The translations under genes and the position numbers were made by a program. The notes beneath the pieces were generated by a model that saw only the letters and a program-made list of their open reading frames with translations, was not told where the DNA came from and ran no database searches. Below are positions 56,027 to 64,000 of a DNA stretch of 64,000 bases, one piece after another. Source of the DNA: a virus (lineage: Duplodnaviria; Caudoviricetes); IMG/VR virus record IMGVR_UViG_3300029288_000090, positions 62,557 through 126,556 of that record; one strand, given 5' to 3'. Position 1 is the first letter of the stretch, and every line of letters starts with the position of its first letter.

Positions 56027-57498
56027 TGAATTTGAAGGTTGCTATAGAAGAGCGTATGCGTGATATTACAGAGAAGCGTAAAAGGCTTGTTCTGCAGTGG
56101 GATCCGTACATCAGCGCGGTTAATGAATGGATGCAAGGTAACGGGGGTGGTTCATTAACTGATTTCGATAAGCAGAATATGGCGCAGTGCCTTGAGAACG
56201 CATTGATCGAAACTGGGCTTCGTGGAAACCGCCGTCTGTTGCAAGAAGCGACTACGGGAGACGCCATTCAGTTTATGGCGATTCAGCTTCCAGTGATTGC
56301 AGCGTTGATTCCCAGTTTGGTATTGAACAAGGTTGCCATTGTTCAGGCATTGGACAGACGTCAAGGTGCTGTGTTTTATCTTGACGCTTTGTACGGGACG
56401 ACCAAGGGATCTATCACTGCGGGAGACAGTATGATTAACGCCCAGACTGGTCATGACAGAACCAGGGCTGGTCGTCGATATGCTGTTACTACGGTTGAGA
56501 ACGAAACGTTGGCAGATGACAGTCTGGTATCCAACACCATCACTGGCTCGTTGGATTATCGTCCGATGCTGGGAACGGTTCAAATTACGCACGGAAGTGA
56601 GATTATTACTGATAAGGAGAATCCTGGCCAGTTGATCTCAGAAACTACCAGCAATCCTTGCGGATGGGTCAAGGTAGATGGAACATTCAGTGTGACATTA
56701 AATGCCACTCCTACAAGTGGTGGAAATGTTACAGTGAACTATTGCTACTATTACGATACTGCAGATAGTGGGAGTAGTCTTGTTCCAGAAGTGAACATCC
56801 AATTGCGTGCAGAAATGTTAACGGCTCAGGACTTCCCACTTCAGGCGAAGTATTCCGTTGGTTCCAGTATTGATCTCGAGAAAGCTCATGGACTGATCTT
56901 GGAAGACGAGATCATCAAATTCCTTGGCGGTGAGATCAAGTTTGAAGTTGATCAGTATGGGTTGGATCAGATCTATACTGCGGCAACTGGATCGAATGCT
57001 GCGACGGGAACAGGAACATGGACAGCGGTTCCTGGTTCGGGACAAGAATGGCTTTGGAAGAAGTACGAATTTCTGGATAGGATTGAGTACGGATCCAATA
57101 ACATCTACAGTAAGACGTTGCGTGCATTTTGCAACTTTATAGTTGCTTCAAACAATGTAGCACGTATTATTCGTCAGATGGGTGATCATTTCAAACCTGC
57201 TCCAGGACTAGACAAGCAGGTCCCAACAGGGCCAATTGAACTTGGTACTTTGGACGGACGTTTAGTTATTCAGGATCCGTTCTTGACAGCGGATAGGTAC
57301 GTTCTTGGTTTTCGCGGTGACAACTATTTGTTCGCCGGGGCTGTGTACGCTCCTTATATCCCGTTGTTCAGTACGCCAACACTGGTTACAGCAGATCTCA
57401 TGGCTCAGAAGGGCTTTATGAGTTCAGCAGGATTTAAGGTAACCAATGAAGGTATGTTTACGTATGGAGACGTTGACATGAGTGGTTTGTCAACGTAA
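56026..57498 (+). CDS. major capsid protein, T4 gp23-like
   Basis: LENA....LLQEATT, VQAL....G.VFYL, L.AKYS....DL...HGL..E, GTLDGR..V..DPF, YAPYIPL. Confidence 0.92.
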   Translation: MNLKVAIEERMRDITEKRKRLVLQWDPYISAVNEWMQGNGGGSLTDFDKQNMAQCLENALIETGLRGNRRLLQEATTGDAIQFMAIQLPVIAALIPSLVLNKVAIVQALDRRQGAVFYLDALYGTTKGSITAGDSMINAQTGHDRTRAGRRYAVTTVENETLADDSLVSNTITGSLDYRPMLGTVQITHGSEIITDKENPGQLISETTSNPCGWVKVDGTFSVTLNATPTSGGNVTVNYCYYYDTADSGSSLVPEVNIQLRAEMLTAQDFPLQAKYSVGSSIDLEKAHGLILEDEIIKFLGGEIKFEVDQYGLDQIYTAATGSNAATGTGTWTAVPGSGQEWLWKKYEFLDRIEYGSNNIYSKTLRAFCNFIVASNNVARIIRQMGDHFKPAPGLDKQVPTGPIELGTLDGRLVIQDPFLTADRYVLGFRGDNYLFAGAVYAPYIPLFSTPTLVTADLMAQKGFMSSAGFKVTNEGMFTYGDVDMSGLST

Positions 57499-57544
57499 TA
57501 GTTTGCGCGTCTTGTTGGTGGCAAGGCGTGTAGGTGCTGTTCGT

Positions 57545-57588
57545 GGGGCGGGAGTTGTTGCATTCTCCCGCCCTTTAAATCTTTTAGA
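57545..57588 (+). terminator. intrinsic terminator after the capsid gene
   Basis: GGGCGGGAG ... CTCCCGCCC followed by TTTAAATCTTTT. Confidence 0.7.
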
Positions 57589-57606
57589 TCAGGTGGAGAC
57601 GTTATT

Positions 57607-58026
57607 ATGGAAAACAAAAAGAAACCAGTCAGTCGGGTTATTCGTTCTTTACAAACAGGAGGGATCAAAACAACTTTAGGTTGTTACTCCGTGGAGAAGA
57701 ATGAAATCCTTACCATAACATGTGGATCGGAAGAAGAGTTTGCACGACTTCTAAAGATAAGAAGTTTTGTGCCTGCTTCAGAAGAAGAACTTCTGGCTTG
57801 GGTGAATCGAGATATTCCGGTTATTGAAGATGAATTTCCTTCAGATCCTCCATATGAAGAGGCATTGATTCCTGAAGATGAATTCTGCTCCGATGGAACT
57901 TCTTTTGAAGGAGATGTTGAAGAAGGTACTAATAAAGTCCCCGCTGAGGGAAATGAGTTAGTTTCTGAAAGTAAGACACTCAAAGAAGATAGTATCAAAC
58001 CGAGTCGGAGACGTGGGCAAGGATAA
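57607..58026 (+). CDS. hypothetical protein
   Basis: 139 aa with an acidic tail. Confidence 0.6.
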   Translation: MENKKKPVSRVIRSLQTGGIKTTLGCYSVEKNEILTITCGSEEEFARLLKIRSFVPASEEELLAWVNRDIPVIEDEFPSDPPYEEALIPEDEFCSDGTSFEGDVEEGTNKVPAEGNELVSESKTLKEDSIKPSRRRGQG

Positions 58027-58032
58027 TAGACT

Positions 58033-59463
58033 ATGGCAAGGTTACTTAATTCAGGAAGTACATCCTTTAGTTCAGTAGATCTGACTGCATCTATGGACGT
58101 CGATCTAATCTCTTATACTTGTCTGAAGAGTGTTCTTTTAGATATTCGAGCAGATCTTGGAACATCTAGTTATCCATTAGATACTTCTGCTTCTGTTATT
58201 ACTGTTTCTGCTTGGATAACGAGAACAAATGGAGAAGAGGTAGAAGTATTTTCTGAAGAAGTAACCAAAGCGTCTGGTGAAATACAACTTCCTTATAATT
58301 TCTATAAGAAGATCCTTGTATTAGCAGGAGAGGTTATTACGGTAACTGCCAGTAGTAGTAACCCCTCCGACGTTTCTGTAGCAGGAGAAGTTTATATATT
58401 TGGGAGAAACGTAACTTACTCTTCTGTTGCATTTACACAAGTTGATTTAACTACTTTAGTTGAGCTTGGATCGTATACAGCAGATCATGTATTTGAAACA
58501 TTTGTTAGAGTTGATGTTGGAACGTCAACATATAGTTTAGATTCAGGAGATTCAGAATTTACTATTTCTGGAGATATTACAGGTGGTGAAGGTATTGAAT
58601 CTTCTGGCTATAGTGCCTCTATCTCAAAGTCAAGTGGGATAACTCGTTTTATCTATATGTTTGATGATGCAGTAAATCTAAACGAGAATGATATATTTTC
58701 CATAAAACTTCTTTCAGACGATCCGTCAGATGTAGCGGTTTCTGGAGTTGTTTACTTTGCTCTCCTCAGCACAACAACTAGATCTTCTATATTGGATTGG
58801 ATTAAGACTGAATTCCAACCATTGGTACTAGCAACTCCAGATGATACAATTTATCAGCAGATAGATAATGCTATAACTTATTGGAACACACATTCAGGAT
58901 ATAAGGTTAGTGCTGTTGTTTCCGCAACTCGGGGAGAACATAGAGTTCAAATGGATGCTCAGTTTAAAACTGTAGTACAAGTTTGGCCTACACAAAATAC
59001 GGAGTGGATTTTAAACGATCATCCAATGTGGTCTTTATTAGGAATAACAATATTAGATAATGTTACGACTGATTTGATTATAATGTCGGAGGCCTTTAAA
59101 AATTACAGGCAGTATGTAGGGACTAATTTTAGTTGGACATGGGAAAGAAGTACAGATCCAGCCGTAGGCGGTTATTTATATTATGAGAATATTCCTTCTC
59201 AAAACGACGCTTTGTATGTTATTGGAACAAAAAGAATTACAGATAATGAAGATATAGAAGATGATTATATTTTAAACTGGTTAAGATACTATTCATTGTC
59301 TTTAGTCAGAATGATCGAAGGAAACACCTTGAGAAAATCCAATATTATTAACATCAGAAATGATGGGCAGGAACAGTTAGATCAAGGGAAAGAGGAGAAG
59401 AAAGAACTTCAGGTTGCATTGAACAAAGAGGCACGATGGGTTGCTTTAGCTAAGAGATTTTAG
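58033..59463 (+). CDS. neck/head-completion protein (gp13-like C-terminal domain) with two tandem N-terminal beta domains
   Basis: QQIDNAITYW, WLRYYSLSLV...EG..LRK....NDG......G.EEK.EL; duplicated VDLT/PSDV.V.G.VY blocks. Confidence 0.65.
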   Translation: MARLLNSGSTSFSSVDLTASMDVDLISYTCLKSVLLDIRADLGTSSYPLDTSASVITVSAWITRTNGEEVEVFSEEVTKASGEIQLPYNFYKKILVLAGEVITVTASSSNPSDVSVAGEVYIFGRNVTYSSVAFTQVDLTTLVELGSYTADHVFETFVRVDVGTSTYSLDSGDSEFTISGDITGGEGIESSGYSASISKSSGITRFIYMFDDAVNLNENDIFSIKLLSDDPSDVAVSGVVYFALLSTTTRSSILDWIKTEFQPLVLATPDDTIYQQIDNAITYWNTHSGYKVSAVVSATRGEHRVQMDAQFKTVVQVWPTQNTEWILNDHPMWSLLGITILDNVTTDLIIMSEAFKNYRQYVGTNFSWTWERSTDPAVGGYLYYENIPSQNDALYVIGTKRITDNEDIEDDYILNWLRYYSLSLVRMIEGNTLRKSNIINIRNDGQEQLDQGKEEKKELQVALNKEARWVALAKRF

Positions 59464-59464
59464 T

Positions 59465-60040
59465 ATGTTTATGAGTTTACTACAACATATACAAGAAGCG
59501 GTCAGTAATGATGAAAAGTACGAATTTTTTATTGAACGTACAAATAATCATATTCGATTGGTTCAAGAGGCTGCTGAAAAGATAGTGAGTGCTTATCCTG
59601 AATTAGGGGCACTTGTGTTTCAGGTGGATAGTCATGATGCCAGTAAGTTTGAAGATCCAGAATTAACTCCTTATATTGAGTTGACTTGGAAGAAGAAGTT
59701 AGAGAAAGAAGAAGAAGATTATAAAACAGATGACCGGGCGATTCATGATGCAACTTTACATCATATTAAGAATAACAGGCACCATCCTGAATTTCATTTA
59801 GAAGATAAATCTAAAGCCAATTTAGATTCTACTAATAGAGATAAATCTATTTCTGTTGTGGATGCTAGTAATATGTCAGACACAGATGTAGCTGAAATGG
59901 TTGCTGATTGGCAAGCTATGTCTGAAGAGTTAGGAACGAATACAGCTCGCGAATGGTATGATAAAGTAAAAGATGTGCGTTGGCATTTTTCTGATCATCA
60001 AAACGAATTGATAGATAAACTTCTTAAGGTGTTTGAGTGA
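59465..60040 (+). CDS. DUF5662/HD-like metal-dependent hydrolase with MFxxLL leader
   Basis: H...V, HDASKF, HH...NRHHPEF, EMVADW.AMS. Confidence 0.7.
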   Translation: MFMSLLQHIQEAVSNDEKYEFFIERTNNHIRLVQEAAEKIVSAYPELGALVFQVDSHDASKFEDPELTPYIELTWKKKLEKEEEDYKTDDRAIHDATLHHIKNNRHHPEFHLEDKSKANLDSTNRDKSISVVDASNMSDTDVAEMVADWQAMSEELGTNTAREWYDKVKDVRWHFSDHQNELIDKLLKVFE

Positions 60041-60825
60041 TGTTCCAACAACTTCTAAAACATATCCGTGAGAAATCTGTTCATGATAGGTGGGTGTGTT
60101 TCGATTTTGATGGCGTATGTTCTCAATATCATGATAATTTTGAGGAGGATGTATTTGGGGATCCTATTCCTGGAGTTGCTGAAGCAGTTAAGATTATTCG
60201 TGAGGAGGGATTGAAGGCAGTTCTATTTACTGCCAGAAAAGTAACTCCAAAGTTAAAAGAATGGTTAGAGGAAAATGGGTTTGAATTTGATACAATCAAT
60301 GATACTTCTCACAATCCTCCTTCAGCCAGTAAGGAAAAGCCAGTAGCAGAACTTTACGTGGATGATAGAGGATATAGATTTGACCAAAACAATCCAGAAC
60401 AATCCATTCAGGAATTGTTTTCTTTACTAGATATAAATGAAAATCTTACAGATTATGCGAAAGAAGAATTGGATAAAGCTGGATTGTTTGATAAAGATTC
60501 TGATTATGGAGGCATGTTGGGTGATGCTGTCATGGAACTAATGACTGTGTTTAGTAAGCAAGATCATTCCGGATTTTCAGCACAATGTGCAAGTGAACTA
60601 TTTACGAGATTAGCAAATTGTAAGCCTTTGAGTCCACTTACTGATGATCCTGAAGAATGGATGGAGGTAACTGATTTTGATAATTCTGGAAAATCAGTTC
60701 ACCAAAGCAAACGGGATCCTATGTGTTTTAGCAATGATGGAGGAAAGACATATTATAATGTAGATGATGCAAAAAGAAAGAAACATAAATCGGAATCTTA
60801 TAAGAAGAAGGAAAATGCTGCCTAA
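60040..60825 (+). CDS. HAD hydrolase fused to a second phage domain, with MFxxLL leader
   Basis: CFDFDGV, LFTAR, KP.AELYVDD; second domain YAKEEL...VFSKQ.HSGFSA..KPL.PLT. Confidence 0.78.
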   Translation: MFQQLLKHIREKSVHDRWVCFDFDGVCSQYHDNFEEDVFGDPIPGVAEAVKIIREEGLKAVLFTARKVTPKLKEWLEENGFEFDTINDTSHNPPSASKEKPVAELYVDDRGYRFDQNNPEQSIQELFSLLDINENLTDYAKEELDKAGLFDKDSDYGGMLGDAVMELMTVFSKQDHSGFSAQCASELFTRLANCKPLSPLTDDPEEWMEVTDFDNSGKSVHQSKRDPMCFSNDGGKTYYNVDDAKRKKHKSESYKKKENAA

Positions 60826-62128
60826 TAAGCTTTTACATTTGAATGAAGCGACAATAGGGGACATAAAAAGAAAACAGGGTTCTATTACCCGTTTATTTCC
60901 TACTTTTCCTGATAGAGTAAGAAATGTTCAGAAGAATGGAGGAGTAAAAACTTCGGCATACTTGACAGCTATGGATCCAGACGTCTGGAGATTTAAAATA
61001 GCTTCTGGAACATCTGTAGGAAAAACGTATCAGATTTTAGTCAAGTTCCTGAATATGAAGGGTTGGATTAAGTTAGCTGTAGGAGATAAACGATATTGGA
61101 AGCCAGGGACAACAAATGTTGATCTAACTAAGCTAGCTAATTTGATATTAAATAAAGCAGATGTCAAATTAGTTTGCTCCTGCCCTGCATTTCAATATTG
61201 GGGCCCAGCTTATATTTTGAGTTTAGCAAAATACAAAGCTAAATACGGAGATCAAGAGAGACGTCCTCCCAGGATTAGAAATCCACGTCAGTACGGAGCT
61301 GTGTGTAAACACACTCATTTACTTCTTAAGGAACTTCCAGAGATGACCAAAAAGTTTGTGGACTTTCTGGAAGGCTATTATTTAGATGATATTGAAAGTA
61401 TGAAGAAGAAAGGTGTTCAAAAGACTCTCCAGAAGAAAGTAGCTGATAGGGATAAGGAAGCAAAACGTTCTATAGTTAAGTGGCAAGCAGCAAAGAAAAA
61501 GAAGGAGGAGATGGGAGAAGCCAAGAAGTATGATGATTGGACAGATCGTGTTATTCAATATTTTGGGACTACAGACGATTGGAACAAAGCAGGATTTCTA
61601 ACAGCTAAAGGTGAATTGATAAACTTATCCAAAATTGGGAGAGACAGAGCTTACGCCCATGAAGTTGTGGGGGAATTTGCGTATGATGATTTGAAGAAAA
61701 GTGTACGATTCCGATCAGATTTAATAGAGAACTTTTTAGAGTTGGGAAATATTAGACTAGATGCTGAACATCCTTTTATTGATTTGGTTAAGGAACCTAC
61801 AAAAGAACAGTATAGTAAGCTAGAACAATATTTAGATTATATAGGAGATAGATGGGATATTATTGATTTAAGTACGAAAGATAACTACTTTGAAGCCTTT
61901 CCAAAAGAGAATGTTATAAAGTTTTTAAAGGATTATTTTTGTGGAAGAATAGGTACCTCCCCTTCTGATCTTGCTAAGTATCATAATGTAGAAGAAACTA
62001 CTACTGGAGATGCAATAGCTTTTCAGCCTTCTCATTTTGGAGCTCCAGTTAAAGGAAATTTTAACTATTTACGAACTAAAAGAAGTAAACGGAAAGTGAA
62101 ACCAATTCATGTCAAATATCCAGACTGA
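60815..62128 (+). CDS. SWIM zinc-finger modular protein
   Basis: CSCPAFQYWG...CKH; further module AGFLTAKGELINLS...H. Confidence 0.7.
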   Translation: MLPNKLLHLNEATIGDIKRKQGSITRLFPTFPDRVRNVQKNGGVKTSAYLTAMDPDVWRFKIASGTSVGKTYQILVKFLNMKGWIKLAVGDKRYWKPGTTNVDLTKLANLILNKADVKLVCSCPAFQYWGPAYILSLAKYKAKYGDQERRPPRIRNPRQYGAVCKHTHLLLKELPEMTKKFVDFLEGYYLDDIESMKKKGVQKTLQKKVADRDKEAKRSIVKWQAAKKKKEEMGEAKKYDDWTDRVIQYFGTTDDWNKAGFLTAKGELINLSKIGRDRAYAHEVVGEFAYDDLKKSVRFRSDLIENFLELGNIRLDAEHPFIDLVKEPTKEQYSKLEQYLDYIGDRWDIIDLSTKDNYFEAFPKENVIKFLKDYFCGRIGTSPSDLAKYHNVEETTTGDAIAFQPSHFGAPVKGNFNYLRTKRSKRKVKPIHVKYPD

Positions 62129-62738
62129 ATTAGTAGAGTTATTGAGTCAAGATCCTTTTAAGTCTTTGACTGAAAATGCAATGAGTTGGATAAAACTCTT
62201 TGGAGTTCGTTCTTATCTGACGCCTACAACTGTTGCTATTCCTATTCTTCCTTCTGTAAAACGTTCCAGTAGAATCTTAACTCTCTCTAGAGCTATTGAC
62301 GTTTTAGTTAATCTAAAGAAGTACAAAAAAGTAAAACAGGATATCCTGAAGCAGATAGTCAGTACGAAAGATACGGATTTGCTTCTTTCTAATTTAAGAA
62401 ATGTTAAGTTTCTTTATGGGGTTACAATTTTAAGTGTTACAGAAGGTATTGAGGTTACTTATAATGTTTTGGTTACTAACAAGCTTAACCCCTTTGAACA
62501 AGTTATTGTAAAGGATGAAGAACTTTGTGATCAGATAGAAGAACTTCGTTTTTGTAAAATGCAAAGAAATGTTTGCTATCCTAAACACGATGTATTTTCT
62601 GTTGATTTTTTCTATACTCTGAAAAGCATTCTTATAGGAAAGTATGAAGAAGTACAAAATAAGGAATCAAAAAATGAATCCGATCTTAGAAGCAAAAGAC
62701 GTATCCGTTTATCAGCGTCTAATACAGATGTTAGGTGA
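62109..62738 (+). CDS. hypothetical protein
   Basis: 209 aa ORF in the operon. Confidence 0.55.
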   Translation: MSNIQTELVELLSQDPFKSLTENAMSWIKLFGVRSYLTPTTVAIPILPSVKRSSRILTLSRAIDVLVNLKKYKKVKQDILKQIVSTKDTDLLLSNLRNVKFLYGVTILSVTEGIEVTYNVLVTNKLNPFEQVIVKDEELCDQIEELRFCKMQRNVCYPKHDVFSVDFFYTLKSILIGKYEEVQNKESKNESDLRSKRRIRLSASNTDVR

Positions 62739-63105
62739 TTATTCTAAGAATTTTGCCTATACTGGAGTAGATAAGTTATTCAAGAAGGCTGTGGATACTG
62801 GAAAGAAAATCATTCCGTCAGATAAGAATGCGTTAAAAATATTAGATACTATTCTCCGAGGAGAGACTTCTTCCGGAGTAGTTCAGAAACTACTCAATAC
62901 TCGGTTTTCTGATCTTCCTATAGAAGTTCGTCCTATAACCAAATCAGGAAAAGGGAAAGAAGTTGCATTTTGGATGGTTAAAGAGAGAATGGGAGACAAG
63001 GTTAAAGATCTTATTGATTTTGATGATGAAGGAAAAGGGCACTGGGTGGACGTCAACGGAAAAACAGCTACGTTGATAGATATGGAGACAAAGAAAGATA
63101 AATAA
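62674..63105 (+). CDS. hypothetical head-region protein
   Basis: ATG at 62674, MNPILEAK. Confidence 0.6.
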   Translation: MNPILEAKDVSVYQRLIQMLGDYSKNFAYTGVDKLFKKAVDTGKKIIPSDKNALKILDTILRGETSSGVVQKLLNTRFSDLPIEVRPITKSGKGKEVAFWMVKERMGDKVKDLIDFDDEGKGHWVDVNGKTATLIDMETKKDK

Positions 63106-63116
63106 GGAGATGTCCG

Positions 63117-64000
63117 ATGGGCATTGACATAACTAAACTGATGACTTTCGTTCAGGATACGATAAAGCAAGCAGATAAAAAAGTCCCCATTCCTGAAAAG
63201 AAAATAGTTCAAGAATCAAGAATACTTCTGGAAGATCTCAATGAAGGAGAAACATCTATTCTTCCTACAGATAGAGAAGTCTTCGCTTTCAATTTTATAG
63301 GGAACGGACAGGAACTTTTGGGACATGTACAAAATAATTTGGATACCATGGAGTTAAACAGAGAAGATGTTCCAAGGGAAGGGGCCAAGATATTTATTGA
63401 AGGAGAAACTACTTTTAAGGGTGATAAGGTTCAGGTAGCATCAGTATGGTTAGGGAATGCACCATCTAACAAACATCATTTATTGATCTATGATAGAAAT
63501 CCTCAATCTCAATGGGAAAATAAAGTAGAAGAGGAGGAAACAGTACTAGAAAACGTTGTCTGTCAATGTAAAGAATGTGGAGAAGTATTGGAGAACGTTA
63601 GTGAGTGTACTTGTGGGTGTAAAGAGTTAGAGCAGATTTATCCTATTCCGGAAGGGAAGGAAATTAAAGAAGAGGAAAAGTCAGGTTCGTACTCTGTAAA
63701 AGACAAGGAGGGAAATGTATATGCAACTAATTTGACATTTCAAGAAGCACACGATTTTGTTCAAGATGCAAAAACACAAGTAAAACAGAAAGGTGGATTT
63801 GTTATAACTTCTGAATCCATTTCAGAAGCTTATGATACAATAACTCCTTCAACAAATACAGTGGGGATGGAGAAGGATGTAAGAAAAGTAGTTGCCAAAG
63901 GAATTACTGACAAACAAGATGCAGAAAATGTTGCTCGTTCCAAAAGAGGTAAGGTAGTTTCCGATGAGGACGATCCGAAAAAGTTTATGGTGGTTGTTGG
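63117..64000 (+). CDS. acidic modular protein with a Zn ribbon, partial (runs off window)
   Basis: AAGGAG RBS, ATG at 63117, open to the window end; CKECG...CTCGC. Confidence 0.7.
   Translation, partial: MGIDITKLMTFVQDTIKQADKKVPIPEKKIVQESRILLEDLNEGETSILPTDREVFAFNFIGNGQELLGHVQNNLDTMELNREDVPREGAKIFIEGETTFKGDKVQVASVWLGNAPSNKHHLLIYDRNPQSQWENKVEEEETVLENVVCQCKECGEVLENVSECTCGCKELEQIYPIPEGKEIKEEEKSGSYSVKDKEGNVYATNLTFQEAHDFVQDAKTQVKQKGGFVITSESISEAYDTITPSTNTVGMEKDVRKVVAKGITDKQDAENVARSKRGKVVSDEDDPKKFMVVV

Noticed and set aside
56155-57127. Antisense and alternate-frame ORFs over the capsid gene, and similar ones over other long genes
   Set aside because: Shadow ORFs of well-supported genes, with no RBS or recognisable motifs
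1-64000. Genome-wide TAG reassignment (alternative genetic code)
   Set aside because: Long conserved genes are uninterrupted in code 11, and many genes end in TAG directly followed by the next start in another frame (e.g. TAGTATG at 40975, 50304, 59463)

Overview
A 64 kb, AT-rich segment of a large dsDNA tailed phage with a T4-type head module (gp20-like portal, gp21-like protease fused to a scaffold, gp23-like capsid, gp13-like neck). It uses the standard genetic code. Layout: (i) 1-3.9 kb, leftward replication genes: a partial SF2 helicase, a DnaB/gp41-like helicase, and an initiator-like gene with iterons and an AT-rich tract that is probably the origin. (ii) 4.1-5.1 kb, a non-coding unit with an initiator tRNA-Met embedded among several multi-helix or pseudoknotted RNA-like elements. 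(iii) 5.1-35.6 kb, a rightward DNA metabolism operon. It holds a 7-deazaguanine DNA-modification cluster (queE, dpdL-like, radical SAM/SPASM, glycosyltransferase, dpdA, with a distant queD and a purine PRTase), beta clamp, UDG-PolA with an HNH intein, clamp loader, gp32-like SSB, UvsY, RecA, RuvC, split SbcC plus SbcD, GroES, terminase, ThyX and a sigma factor. (iv) 35.6-38.3 kb, small leftward early-type genes behind a near-consensus sigma70 promoter. (v) 38.5-64 kb, the virion module. Top candidates for new biology: a shared N-terminal MFxxLLxxI(R/K/Q)(E/D/S) leader on unrelated head-region proteins (a putative capsid-targeting and cargo-injection system with protease-cleavable polyproteins); a QueC-less deazaguanine pathway with a glycosyltransferase and an extra radical SAM enzyme (possibly a new hypermodified base, possibly clamp-coupled); and the structured ncRNA array around the tRNA. 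All family calls come from motif recognition by eye; no searches were run.
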